A stretch of 64,000 nt of DNA, from the NCBI GenBank assembly GCA_963695545.1, contig OY968796.1, forward strand, positions 3,104,001 to 3,168,000, in the 5' to 3' direction. Origin of the DNA: Terriglobia bacterium (GTDB taxonomy: Bacteria; Acidobacteriota; Terriglobia; Acidiferrales; UBA7541). Both the position numbers and the translations under genes were made by a program. The notes below the pieces were generated by a model, which did no database searches, was not told the origin of the DNA, and saw only the letters and a list, made by a program, of their open reading frames with translations. This document shows positions 20,408-29,269 of this stretch, one piece after another. Position 1 is the stretch's first letter. Each line of letters starts with the position of its first letter.

Positions 20408-22200
20408 GCTATCGCGCCAGCATCGCGCGCCGATGGATCGCCGCGGGCACGGTTGCCGTCTTAGCGGCCGCGCTTTTCGCCTGGGCCGCATCCAAACCGT
20501 CGGCCACGTCCGCACCCTCCGATCCATCGCCGCTCGCCGGCTTCATGCCGCCCGGCGCGATGCTCTACATCGAAGCCAAGGATTTCTCGAGCCTTCTCTC
20601 CGAATGGAACGCTTCGCCGGAAAAACGCCAATGGCTCACGAGCGACAATTGCGAAGCATTTTCGCGCTCGCGCCTTCTCCTGCGCCTCGCCGACGCGCGC
20701 AAAGAATTTGCGTCCGCCGCCGGCGTCTCGCCTGATACGACTCTGCTCTCGCAGGCCGCCGGCAAGCAAAGCGCGCTCGCGCTCTACAACATCGGCAATC
20801 TCGAATTCGTCTACATCTCGCGCGTGCCTTCCGCGGCTGCTATGCAGTCCGCGCTCTGGCAAGCGCGCACGAAATTTGAATCGCGCAGCGCCGCGGGCGC
20901 GCCCTTCTTCGTGCACACCGACGCCGCATCCGGCCGCGTCGTGGCCTTCGCCGTCACCAGCGATTACTTGATCCTCGCCACGCGCGAAGATCTCCTCGCC
21001 GGAACTCTCAATCTCCTAGCCGGCGGCTCAGGCCCGAAACTCACCGGCGAAGATTGGTATGCGCACGCCGTCTCCTCTGCGGGCGCCCCCGGTGATCTGC
21101 GCATGGTTCTCAACGTGGAAAAAATCGCCGCCGATCCCCATTTCCGCAGCTATTGGATCCAGGCGAACGCCAAAGAAATGCGGAATTTTTCGGCCGCCAT
21201 TTCCGATCTCCATCTCAGCGGCAGCACGTATCAAGAGGGTCGCGTGCTCTTGCCGAAGACCGACGATTCCGCACCTACTACTTCCGCGCCCGCTGGCGCC
21301 GCGGACGCGCCGCCCGCCGCAGCGTCAACAAGCGCGCAAGCCGTCGCCGACTTACTTCGTCTCGTGCCCGACGATGCCGGAGTCTATCGCGCCTCCGCCG
21401 ATCCCAGCGCCGATGCCTCTCTCGTCGCGCTGCAAACCAAAATTCTCGCGCCGCACACCGGCTCCGCGCCTCCCTCGAAGCTCGCTCCCGAGGTCAATCT
21501 CACTGCCGGAGAAGTCGGCAGCAGCAGCGATCTAGAAACGCGCATCGATCAGCCGCACGTCCCGCAGGCCAACTCCGTCGACGATTGGTCCGCCCTGCGC
21601 GCCGATCTCCAAGGCGCGAACGTGCAAGCGATGCTTTCGTTCGATTCCACGCGCGTCGATCCGAACACCAACTTCGTCCAAATTAATTCCACGGTCGTTC
21701 TCGCCGCCGCGTCCGATTGGGATGCGACCTCCGTCAACAACGCGCTCTCGCGCGGAATCGCGCAGTCCGCGTCAACCCAACAACTCGGCACATCGTGGAA
21801 GCGCGCCGGCGCCGCGCCGAATGATTATTTTGAGCTCGATGGCCTTTTGCCCGTGCGCGTCGCAACCCGCGGAAAGCTTCTCATCGTCTCGAACGACGCA
21901 GATTCCATCGCCGCAGTTCTCGCTCGCGTGAAATCCCCCTCCTCCGCCGAACCCTCCACTTTCGCCGCCGGCTTTCATCACGCCGCCGAGCAACCCAATT
22001 TTCTTCGCCTGGTCTCCACTCTGGACCGCGCGAATCCGCAGGGCGCGCCAGATTCGCCCGACCCCGGCGTCGAACCTGCATTTTTCTCCGCCAACATCGC
22101 CAGCCTCAGCCGCGTCCTCTCCGGCCTCGATTCCGGATCCGTCGTGATCCGAGAATCCCCGGGCAAGACGCTCGAAACCGTTATCTACCGCTGGAAATAG
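20404..22200 (+). CDS. Exported/membrane-anchored hypothetical protein (DUF3352-like)
   Basis: 598 aa, N-terminal hydrophobic helix followed by PPGAMLYIE; ATGA overlap with TPR gene. Family call tentative. Confidence 0.7.
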   Translation: MSYRASIARRWIAAGTVAVLAAALFAWAASKPSATSAPSDPSPLAGFMPPGAMLYIEAKDFSSLLSEWNASPEKRQWLTSDNCEAFSRSRLLLRLADARKEFASAAGVSPDTTLLSQAAGKQSALALYNIGNLEFVYISRVPSAAAMQSALWQARTKFESRSAAGAPFFVHTDAASGRVVAFAVTSDYLILATREDLLAGTLNLLAGGSGPKLTGEDWYAHAVSSAGAPGDLRMVLNVEKIAADPHFRSYWIQANAKEMRNFSAAISDLHLSGSTYQEGRVLLPKTDDSAPTTSAPAGAADAPPAAASTSAQAVADLLRLVPDDAGVYRASADPSADASLVALQTKILAPHTGSAPPSKLAPEVNLTAGEVGSSSDLETRIDQPHVPQANSVDDWSALRADLQGANVQAMLSFDSTRVDPNTNFVQINSTVVLAAASDWDATSVNNALSRGIAQSASTQQLGTSWKRAGAAPNDYFELDGLLPVRVATRGKLLIVSNDADSIAAVLARVKSPSSAEPSTFAAGFHHAAEQPNFLRLVSTLDRANPQGAPDSPDPGVEPAFFSANIASLSRVLSGLDSGSVVIRESPGKTLETVIYRWK

Positions 22201-22261
22201 CGAGGCTGGAAACAAGCAAGTTTCCCCGGTTGGCCTATGCTGTTATGCTGTGGTCAGGCGC

Positions 22262-23860
22262 ATGCAAACGCTGCAGGAAAAATTATCGCAGTCCTCCCGC
22301 TTCCTCGTCGGCGCAGAACTCGTATCCGTGCGCGGCTCGATGGCCGAGGACAGCGCCATAAAAGCCCGCACGTTCTCAAACGAACTCGTCGCCAGCCCCG
22401 AAATTGATTGGATCTCCGTCACCGACAACGCTGGCGGCAACCCCCAACTCGCGCCGCTCGCTCTCGGCCGGCCGATTCTTTACGCCGGCAAGGAAGTCGT
22501 AATTCATTTCACCTGCAAGGATCTCAATCGCAACCGACTCGAAAGCGAAGCATGGCTTCTCAACAGCGAGGGCTTTTACAACATCCTCGCCATGACCGGC
22601 GATTATCCCGTCTCCGGAAACGAAGGCCTCGCCAAGCCGGTCTTCGACATCGATTCCGTCGGCCTGATTTCCATGCTCGACAGCATGAACCAGGGACTCG
22701 ATCCGAAGGATGCCGACGGCAAGAGCAAGAACCGGCGCTTGCAGAAAACCCAATTCTGCATTGGCGCGGTCACCACGAATTTCAAATTGCGCGAAGGCGA
22801 AGTGATCCCGCAGTACCAGAAGCTCGAGAAAAAAGTCGAGTGCGGCGCGCAATTCATCATCAACCAAATCGGTTTTGATGCGCGCAAGATGTCCGAGCTG
22901 CGCCTCTACATGGATGCGCATGGAATGAAGCAAACTCCGCTCATCGGCAACGTTTACCTATTAAGTTCGCGTGTCGAACAAATCTTTTTCGAGGGCCAGA
23001 TTCCCGGCGTCGTCGTAAGCCCCGCATTCAACGACCTTTGCCGCAAGCAGGCCCAGTCTCCCGACCGCGGCAAGGCCTTCTTCTCCGAATTCGCGGCGAA
23101 GCAAATCGCCATCTATCGCGGCCTGGGTTATCGCGGCATTTATCTTGGCGGCGTGCACAAATTCTCCGCCATCGAAAATATCCTCGCGATCGAAAAACAC
23201 TTTGCGCCCGACGACTGGAAACAATTCGCGCGCGAGATCAGTTTTTCCCGATCCGGCGAGTATTTTTATTACGCGCGGAACCCAGCCACCGAGCTCGCCG
23301 ATGCCACGAAGCGCGATTCGTCCGCGCCCGTCGCGTCCAAACAGGTCTCTTTCACCTATCAACTCTCCAAGTGGACGCACGACACGATGTTTGCGCCCGG
23401 CACGGCCGTCGCTAAATGGGGCGCGAAAGTCTGCGCGGATTCCAAGGATCCAATGCAAGGCCCGGAGCCGCTGCGCGCGCTGGAAAAAGTGAGCAAATCC
23501 ATTTTGTACCACTGCAAGGACTGCGGCGATTGCTCGCTTCCGGATATCGCGTTCTTATGCCCCGAATCGCAGTGCGCCAAAAATCAGCGCAACGGTCCCT
23601 GCGGCGGCACGCGCGAAGGCCGCTGCGAAGTCGATGGCTTCGGCGATTGCATCTGGCTGCGCGCTTACGAACGCCTGAAGCACGATGGCCGCGAGCAGGA
23701 TTTATTGCAGCACGCCCCCGTCGTTCAAAATCAAGGCCTGCGCGGCAATTCCGCCTGGGCCAATAGCTGGCTTGGCCGCGATCACGCTGCAAAGAGAACC
23801 GACGCCGTTGCTGACGAACCAGCCCTCGAACAAATAAAACCGGCAGAAAACAAAACCTAA
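22262..23860 (+). CDS. metF: Methylenetetrahydrofolate reductase fused to C-terminal MetV-like Cys-rich domain
   Basis: SVTDNAGG, HFTCKDLNR, LAMTGDYP, GAQFIINQ; C-terminal CKDCGDC...CP...CAKNQRNGPCGG...CEV...CIW. Confidence 0.85.
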   Translation: MQTLQEKLSQSSRFLVGAELVSVRGSMAEDSAIKARTFSNELVASPEIDWISVTDNAGGNPQLAPLALGRPILYAGKEVVIHFTCKDLNRNRLESEAWLLNSEGFYNILAMTGDYPVSGNEGLAKPVFDIDSVGLISMLDSMNQGLDPKDADGKSKNRRLQKTQFCIGAVTTNFKLREGEVIPQYQKLEKKVECGAQFIINQIGFDARKMSELRLYMDAHGMKQTPLIGNVYLLSSRVEQIFFEGQIPGVVVSPAFNDLCRKQAQSPDRGKAFFSEFAAKQIAIYRGLGYRGIYLGGVHKFSAIENILAIEKHFAPDDWKQFAREISFSRSGEYFYYARNPATELADATKRDSSAPVASKQVSFTYQLSKWTHDTMFAPGTAVAKWGAKVCADSKDPMQGPEPLRALEKVSKSILYHCKDCGDCSLPDIAFLCPESQCAKNQRNGPCGGTREGRCEVDGFGDCIWLRAYERLKHDGREQDLLQHAPVVQNQGLRGNSAWANSWLGRDHAAKRTDAVADEPALEQIKPAENKT

Positions 23861-24789
23861 TGACCAAACAACTAAAAGTCGTCGGCGAGTTGATGAACAA
23901 TTCCTACGCCCGCGCGCGCAAAGCCTTCACCGAGCGAAACGTAAAGGACTATCAGCACCTCGCGAAAATCCAAACCGACCTCGGCGCGAGCTATCTCACG
24001 CTGAACATCGACGGCACGCAGCGCATTCAAGTGCGCATGCCTGAAATGCTCGCCTTTCTTCCCGACGTGATCCCCGCCATTCAGGAAGCCACCGCGACGC
24101 CCATCAGTTTCGACAATCCCTCCGTCGAATATCACAAGGTCGCGCTGAAATATTACGATCGGAAAAAGAGCGGCGCCCCCATCCTGAATTCTCTCGCCGC
24201 CTCGCGCCAGCATCTCGACGAAATGATCGACCTCGTCAAGCACTACGACACGCTGGTCATCGTCATGGCCTCCGAACATTTCGTCGACGGCGGCGCGTCG
24301 CAATGCCTCAATCCCCATGACGCCTATCGCGCCGCAAAGCAATTCGTCGAGCTGCTCGTCACCAAGGCCGGCCGCACCAAAGATCAAATCATCATCGACC
24401 CCGGTCTCGCGCCCGTCGGCGCCGATACTTACGGCCTCGTGAACATCGGCCTCGACGCCATGCGCTTGATCAGCGCCGATCCCGATCTCGCCGGCGTGCA
24501 TATGGTCGTCGGCCTTTCCAATTTCGCTTGGGGCACGCCGAAGGGTGTCCGCGAAGAGTTGGAAAAAGCCTATCTCACTTTGGGCATGGAAGTCGGTCTC
24601 GATTTCGCGATCTGCAATCCGGAAAAAACGCCCGGCCCGTTGCCGCCCGACAATCCGATGGTCGCAAAGCTTCGTGAGGCGCTGGCATTGGGCCGCGTGA
24701 AAGATGGCGAGAGCAGTGACATCGCCTGCTTTCGTCAAGTCGAAGCCATCATGGCCATCTGCAACGATTCCAAGCCCGTGGATTCCTAG
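23860..24789 (+). CDS. Pterin-binding methyltetrahydrofolate:corrinoid methyltransferase (AcsE / MetH folate-domain-like)
   Basis: VGELMN, Q..LGA.YL.LN, PISFD, ILNS, IIIDPG, GLSNFAWG motifs; 1-bp overlap with metF. Confidence 0.8.
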   Translation: MTKQLKVVGELMNNSYARARKAFTERNVKDYQHLAKIQTDLGASYLTLNIDGTQRIQVRMPEMLAFLPDVIPAIQEATATPISFDNPSVEYHKVALKYYDRKKSGAPILNSLAASRQHLDEMIDLVKHYDTLVIVMASEHFVDGGASQCLNPHDAYRAAKQFVELLVTKAGRTKDQIIIDPGLAPVGADTYGLVNIGLDAMRLISADPDLAGVHMVVGLSNFAWGTPKGVREELEKAYLTLGMEVGLDFAICNPEKTPGPLPPDNPMVAKLREALALGRVKDGESSDIACFRQVEAIMAICNDSKPVDS

Positions 24790-24797
24790 ACGAACGC

Positions 24798-26099
24798 ATG
24801 ACTTCGGATTCTCAACACTCGAACGATCTTTCGCTTCTCGCGGCGGGCGGCGCCCGCAAAATCTGGCTGCGCGTCGGCACTGTGCTCGATGGCCTCAGGA
24901 CCAGTCCGCTTCGCAACGCTCACGTCGTCTACGATCGAAACGCAATTCTCTTCGTCGGTGAGAATTCTCCGCCCGCCAATCTTGTGAACCCCAATCAGCA
25001 ACACCCGGATTTGGATTTGCCCGATTACACGCTGCTCCCCGGATTGATCGAAGCCCACGCCCACCTTTTCCTCGAAGGCGGCGAACTCGATCTCGATAAG
25101 CGCGCGGCCTACTTGAAACAATCGCCGGAAGATCTTTTGAAAGCCGCGCGCGCGCGACTCGACAAACTCGTGCGCCTCGGCATCGTCGCCGTCCGCGACG
25201 CCGGCGATAAAAACGGCGTCGGCCTGGCCTTGAGCAAACTTTGCGCAAGCGGCCACAGGCCGCTGATGCCTTACGTGGACAGTCCCGGCGCCGCCATTCA
25301 TCGCAAAGGACGCTACGGAAGTTTCATGGCCGAGCCGATTGAAAATTGTGAGTCATTGAAACAGTGCGTCGCGGCGCGCGTGAATGCCGGCGCCGACCGC
25401 ATCAAATTAATTCCCACCGGCATCATCAATTTCAAACAAGGCGCGGTCACAACTGAGCCGCAAATGACCACGGCTGAAATTTTAGAATTGGTCGCCGCGG
25501 CCAGATCATTCGGCAAGCAGACCTTGGCGCACGCCTCTGGCGACACTGGAATCGAGCGCGCGGTCGACGGCGGCGTAGATTCTATCGAGCACGGCTTTTT
25601 CATTCGCGACGATCAGCTTGCGAAAATGCGCGACCTTCAAATCGCCTGGGTGCCCACGTTTTCGCCCGTGCAGCAACAGGTTGACCACGCCGATAAAATG
25701 GGCTGGGACGCTTCGGTAGTTTCAAATCTAAAAACAATTCTCGATCGTCACGCCGCGAGCCTCGTCAAGGCCCACGAATTGGGCGTGCAAATCATCGCCG
25801 GCAGTGACGCCGGCTCCTGCGGCGTAGCTCACGGCCTCGGTTTCCTCTATGAATTGGAATTGATGCAGCGCGCCGGCCTGGCGCCAATTTTCGTAGTCAA
25901 TTCCGCCACGGGAACAGGTTCAAACCGCTTGGCGTTCAAGCGGCAGTTCGGCCAAATCAAATCCGGTTTTCAAAGCCGCTTCATTCTCACGCGCCATTCG
26001 CCGCTCGAAAGCGTTTCAAATCTCCGCAAGCAAAAATGGATCGTGTTCGACGATAACGTATTTGAAAGCGACGAATCTTCCGATTCAACCGGATTGTGA
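24798..26099 (+). CDS. Metal-dependent amidohydrolase
   Basis: PGLIEAHAH, VRDAG, GADRIKL, AHA, SIEHG, GSDAG motifs. Confidence 0.9.
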   Translation: MTSDSQHSNDLSLLAAGGARKIWLRVGTVLDGLRTSPLRNAHVVYDRNAILFVGENSPPANLVNPNQQHPDLDLPDYTLLPGLIEAHAHLFLEGGELDLDKRAAYLKQSPEDLLKAARARLDKLVRLGIVAVRDAGDKNGVGLALSKLCASGHRPLMPYVDSPGAAIHRKGRYGSFMAEPIENCESLKQCVAARVNAGADRIKLIPTGIINFKQGAVTTEPQMTTAEILELVAAARSFGKQTLAHASGDTGIERAVDGGVDSIEHGFFIRDDQLAKMRDLQIAWVPTFSPVQQQVDHADKMGWDASVVSNLKTILDRHAASLVKAHELGVQIIAGSDAGSCGVAHGLGFLYELELMQRAGLAPIFVVNSATGTGSNRLAFKRQFGQIKSGFQSRFILTRHSPLESVSNLRKQKWIVFDDNVFESDESSDSTGL

Positions 26100-26137
26100 T
26101 CGGGGATTACGAGCGCACGTAGACATCCCTCCGACCC

Positions 26138-27343
26138 TCATGCTCCTTTTTTAAACTTCGCCGCTTCATCCGAGCCCCCCGTCGCATCTCCCGCCGTGTA
26201 AGAATGCGCTCCGGCGCCCGCAAGTTTTCCGCCGTCCACGATCAGGTATTCGGTGTGAATCGGTCGTTTCTCAAACCAGCATTCCAGAATCTCGCGCGTG
26301 CCCGCCGCGTAACGCGCCTGCGCAGAGAGGCTCGTTCCGGAAATGTGCGGCGTCATGCCGTGATGCGGCATCGTGCGCCAGGGATGGTCCTTCGGCGCCG
26401 GCTGCGGAAACCACACGTCCCCCGCGTAACCCGCAAGCTGTCCGCTTTCGAGCGCCCTGGCCACCGCGTCGCGGTTGCAGATTTTTCCCCGCGCCGTGTT
26501 CACCAGATACGCTCCGCGTTTCATTTTCGCGATCAGTTGCTCGTTGAACAGATTCTCCGTCTCGGGATGCAGCGGACAATTGATGGTCACCACGTCGCAC
26601 ACTTTCACCAGCGCTTCCACGTTCGGGTGAAAAGTTAAGCCGAGTTCCTTTTCAATTTCCGGCGCCAAGCGGTACCGGTCCGTGTAATGCAACTTCACGT
26701 CGAACGGTTTTAGACGCCGCAAAACCGCCGTGCCGATTCGCCCCGCGGCCACCGTGCCCACATTCATGCCTTCCAAATCGTAGGAGCGCTCCACGCAGTC
26801 CGCGATATTCCACCCTCCGCGGATCACCCAGCCGTAAGACGGAATGTAATTGCGCACCAGCGCCAGAATCATCATCACCACGTGTTCGGAAACGCTGATG
26901 CTGTTGCTGTACGTCACTTCCGTCACCGTGATCCCGTGGTCCATCGCGGCCTGCAGGTCCACGTGGTCGGAGCCGATGCCCGCGGTGATCGCCAATTTCA
27001 ATTTCGGCGCTTTGGCAATTCGCGCCGCCGTCAAATATGCGGGCCAGAACGGCTGCGAGATCACAATGTCCGCGTCGGGCAGTTCTCGCTCAAACACCGA
27101 ATCCGCACCGTCCTTGTCCGAAGTGACCACGAAGGTGTGCCCCAGGCCTTCCAGATATTTCCGCAGGCCCAATCCTCCGGAAACGCTGCCCAAAAGCTCG
27201 CCCGGCTTGAAATCGATATTCTTCGGCGTCGGCAGACTCTGCCCGCCGGGGTAGTGATCCAATTTAGGGATCGCGTCAATCGCGTAAGATTTGGGATAAC
27301 CTGTTACCGGGTCGTCGTATAAAACGCAAACAATCTTCGCCAT
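26138..27343 (-). CDS. fdh: NAD-dependent formate dehydrogenase
   Basis: MAKIVCVLYDDP start, ISQPFWPAYLT, GTVAAGRIG, NTARGKI, AGYAGDVW, MTPHISGTSLSAQARY. Confidence 0.97.
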   Translation of the reverse strand: MAKIVCVLYDDPVTGYPKSYAIDAIPKLDHYPGGQSLPTPKNIDFKPGELLGSVSGGLGLRKYLEGLGHTFVVTSDKDGADSVFERELPDADIVISQPFWPAYLTAARIAKAPKLKLAITAGIGSDHVDLQAAMDHGITVTEVTYSNSISVSEHVVMMILALVRNYIPSYGWVIRGGWNIADCVERSYDLEGMNVGTVAAGRIGTAVLRRLKPFDVKLHYTDRYRLAPEIEKELGLTFHPNVEALVKVCDVVTINCPLHPETENLFNEQLIAKMKRGAYLVNTARGKICNRDAVARALESGQLAGYAGDVWFPQPAPKDHPWRTMPHHGMTPHISGTSLSAQARYAAGTREILECWFEKRPIHTEYLIVDGGKLAGAGAHSYTAGDATGGSDEAAKFKKGA

Positions 27344-27528
27344 GTGTGTTGACCCCTGAAATGCCGGCTGCATTTAAACAGGAAGCCCCTGCGAAGTCCA
27401 CAGACAATCGCTGGATGGCCGCCGTCCCGCCGGCGCGCACTGATTCCCAGTTTACTGCTCAAGAACTGGGCACAGCCTCAGGCCGAGCAGCCTGACAGTT
27501 TGGGAGCTATCGAGTGATCGACACTTAG

Positions 27529-27559
27529 AATGGAGCGGGCGATGGGAATCGAACCCACG
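27529..27559 (-). repeat. att-like duplicate of the tRNA-Gly 3' end
   Basis: aatggagcgggcgatgggaatcgaacccacg is identical to 28323-28353 (31 bp). Confidence 0.92.
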
Positions 27560-27603
27560 CTGCCCTGAGTTAGGAGGCGTACCGCGTCGCGAGAATCGCT
27601 GAG

Positions 27604-28299
27604 CTACTCAATCTTGTCTCGCTTCTGGAGGTTATGCTTCGCGCAGAGAACTTGAATGTTTGCAGCCAGAAGCGAGGTGCCTCCTTTAGAAAAGGGCACG
27701 ACGTGGTCGAAGTGTAGGTTTTCTTGGCTACCGCAAAGCACGCACTTGCCCTTGTCCCGTTTCCATACTTCCAACTTGACGTCTGTTGGGATTAGTCGGT
27801 TATGCTCAATTTCGCGACATTCCTCTTGGGGTGAACCTGTAGCATCGTCAACAACCTGCAGTTTGAACTTAAAAGTTCGTCGACCGTTCTCGTTTTGCAG
27901 CCGTCCGTCGACCAATTCAAAGAGGCCAGCGTAAGTCCAAATCCCCGTCTTGATCTTGTCGTAGACTCTGACTTTAGCGGCCGACGCCCGGCCCTCTTTG
28001 TACTCGGCGACTGCTTTCCAGAATAGCCCATTCTGCGTGATGCCGCCGGCTGCCGAGTATTCAGGTTGGTCCACCTTTTTGGGATCTGGGCAGTCTCGCG
28101 TTCGCGGCGCATCGTGGCCCTCATAAATCAGCGTCTTTCCTCCGTCCTCAATCCTATCCGTGTAAGGTGCTCCCCGGCGGCGACTCATCAGAATCAGACT
28201 AATTGGCCCATGTATGCAAAAATTCATCCCTCTTTGGAGGCTGACGCGCTCCTCGCCGCACATTTCCATGTAAGAAATGATGTCCCCAGCTTGGAACAT
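27604..28299 (-). CDS. HNH endonuclease with N-terminal SRA/PUA-like domain (putative type IV restriction enzyme)
   Basis: C-terminal VWKRDKGKCVLCG...FDHVVPFSKGG...NIQVLCAKHN HNH motif; N-terminal YTDR...LIYEG...N...WTYAGLF pattern resembles SRA-like domains. Confidence 0.82.
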   Translation of the reverse strand: MFQAGDIISYMEMCGEERVSLQRGMNFCIHGPISLILMSRRRGAPYTDRIEDGGKTLIYEGHDAPRTRDCPDPKKVDQPEYSAAGGITQNGLFWKAVAEYKEGRASAAKVRVYDKIKTGIWTYAGLFELVDGRLQNENGRRTFKFKLQVVDDATGSPQEECREIEHNRLIPTDVKLEVWKRDKGKCVLCGSQENLHFDHVVPFSKGGTSLLAANIQVLCAKHNLQKRDKIE

Positions 28300-28324
28300 T
28301 GGCGTTTGCGTTGAAATAAATCAA

Positions 28325-28398
28325 TGGAGCGGGCGATGGGAATCGAACCCACGTCCGAAGCTTGGGAAGCTTCTATACTGCCATTGTACGACGCCCGC
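28325..28398 (-). tRNA. tRNA-Gly(CCC)
   Basis: 74-nt cloverleaf, acceptor GCGGGCG/CGCCCGC, anticodon arm GAAGC-TTCCCAA-GCTTC, GTTCGA T-loop, encoded CCA. Confidence 0.97.
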
Positions 28399-28858
28399 TC
28401 GATTTCCTGCCCAATCTACCATCGCCCGCACCACCGCCGCAAGATCGTCCAAGTCTGGAGAGTGGCGTGATTTAGGCTGAGAGTATTTTCTTCTTGAACG
28501 GGACAAGCGACGGCGGTACAAATGCATTATGCGTGACATGGGCCAACTCGGCCGCAAGCGTCTGCCGCTCGCGATTCCAACGAACGAGCTTCAGAAAATG
28601 CTGGGCCCCAGCCAGGCATTCTGTTCTCGCGATGCCTCGAATTCAACGTACGTCGAGGCAATGGACCGCTGGCCGTTTTTGTTTTCCCTTCCTCTCACGG
28701 CCACGCACGACGCGCCTGCACAATAGCCGCCGCAAACGTTCCCCCGCCGCGTTTACCCGGCCCCGTAGGGGCGGCACAATCTTTTCGAACGCCGCCGACG
28801 AGCCTACTCCAATGTTGTTTCGAAAACTCTATTCGAATACTATACTCATAAACTACCA

Positions 28859-28887
28859 TTGACACCTATGAACTACTGTGCTACAAG
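28859..28887 (+). promoter_or_regulatory. Sigma70-type promoter in AT-richer intergenic region
   Basis: TTGACA, 17-bp spacer ending TGC, TACAAG; ATG at 28893 near the expected +1. Confidence 0.55.
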
Positions 28888-29269
28888 ATGGTATGAGCCT
28901 GCAAGAAAACTCCGCCCTTCGCGCCTCCCGCGCATATCCCTCTTCATTTGCCTCCGTCGTCGCGCACAAATTGACGCACTTATTCTCATTTTCTGCATCC
29001 GCAACCGTCTTGTTTTCAGCTCCTTGCAAAAGAGTGCGCAAATCACTCATAACACACGATATCAACTCCCTGTCTTTTCACACTCATCCGCACTCTTTCC
29101 CTGGAAATCACGTGTTTTCATCGACTTACGTTTTTGGTACCGGGGGTATATATAGGCCTCGCCACCGCCACTCAGCGCGTGGCCCAGACCAAGCCCCTGC
29201 CGCGCCGTGTTACAGTGCCGCCTGGCCGGAATGCGCCACGTCGACTGCGCCGGCCAGAGAAGGTGACGC

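Noticed and set aside
27529..27559. Second tRNA-Gly gene
   Set aside because: Only the T-arm and acceptor 3' strand are present
28419..28429. 11-bp inverted copy of the tRNA-Gly 3' end upstream of the tRNA
   Set aside because: Short and GC-rich, lies in the probable promoter spacer; chance cannot be excluded
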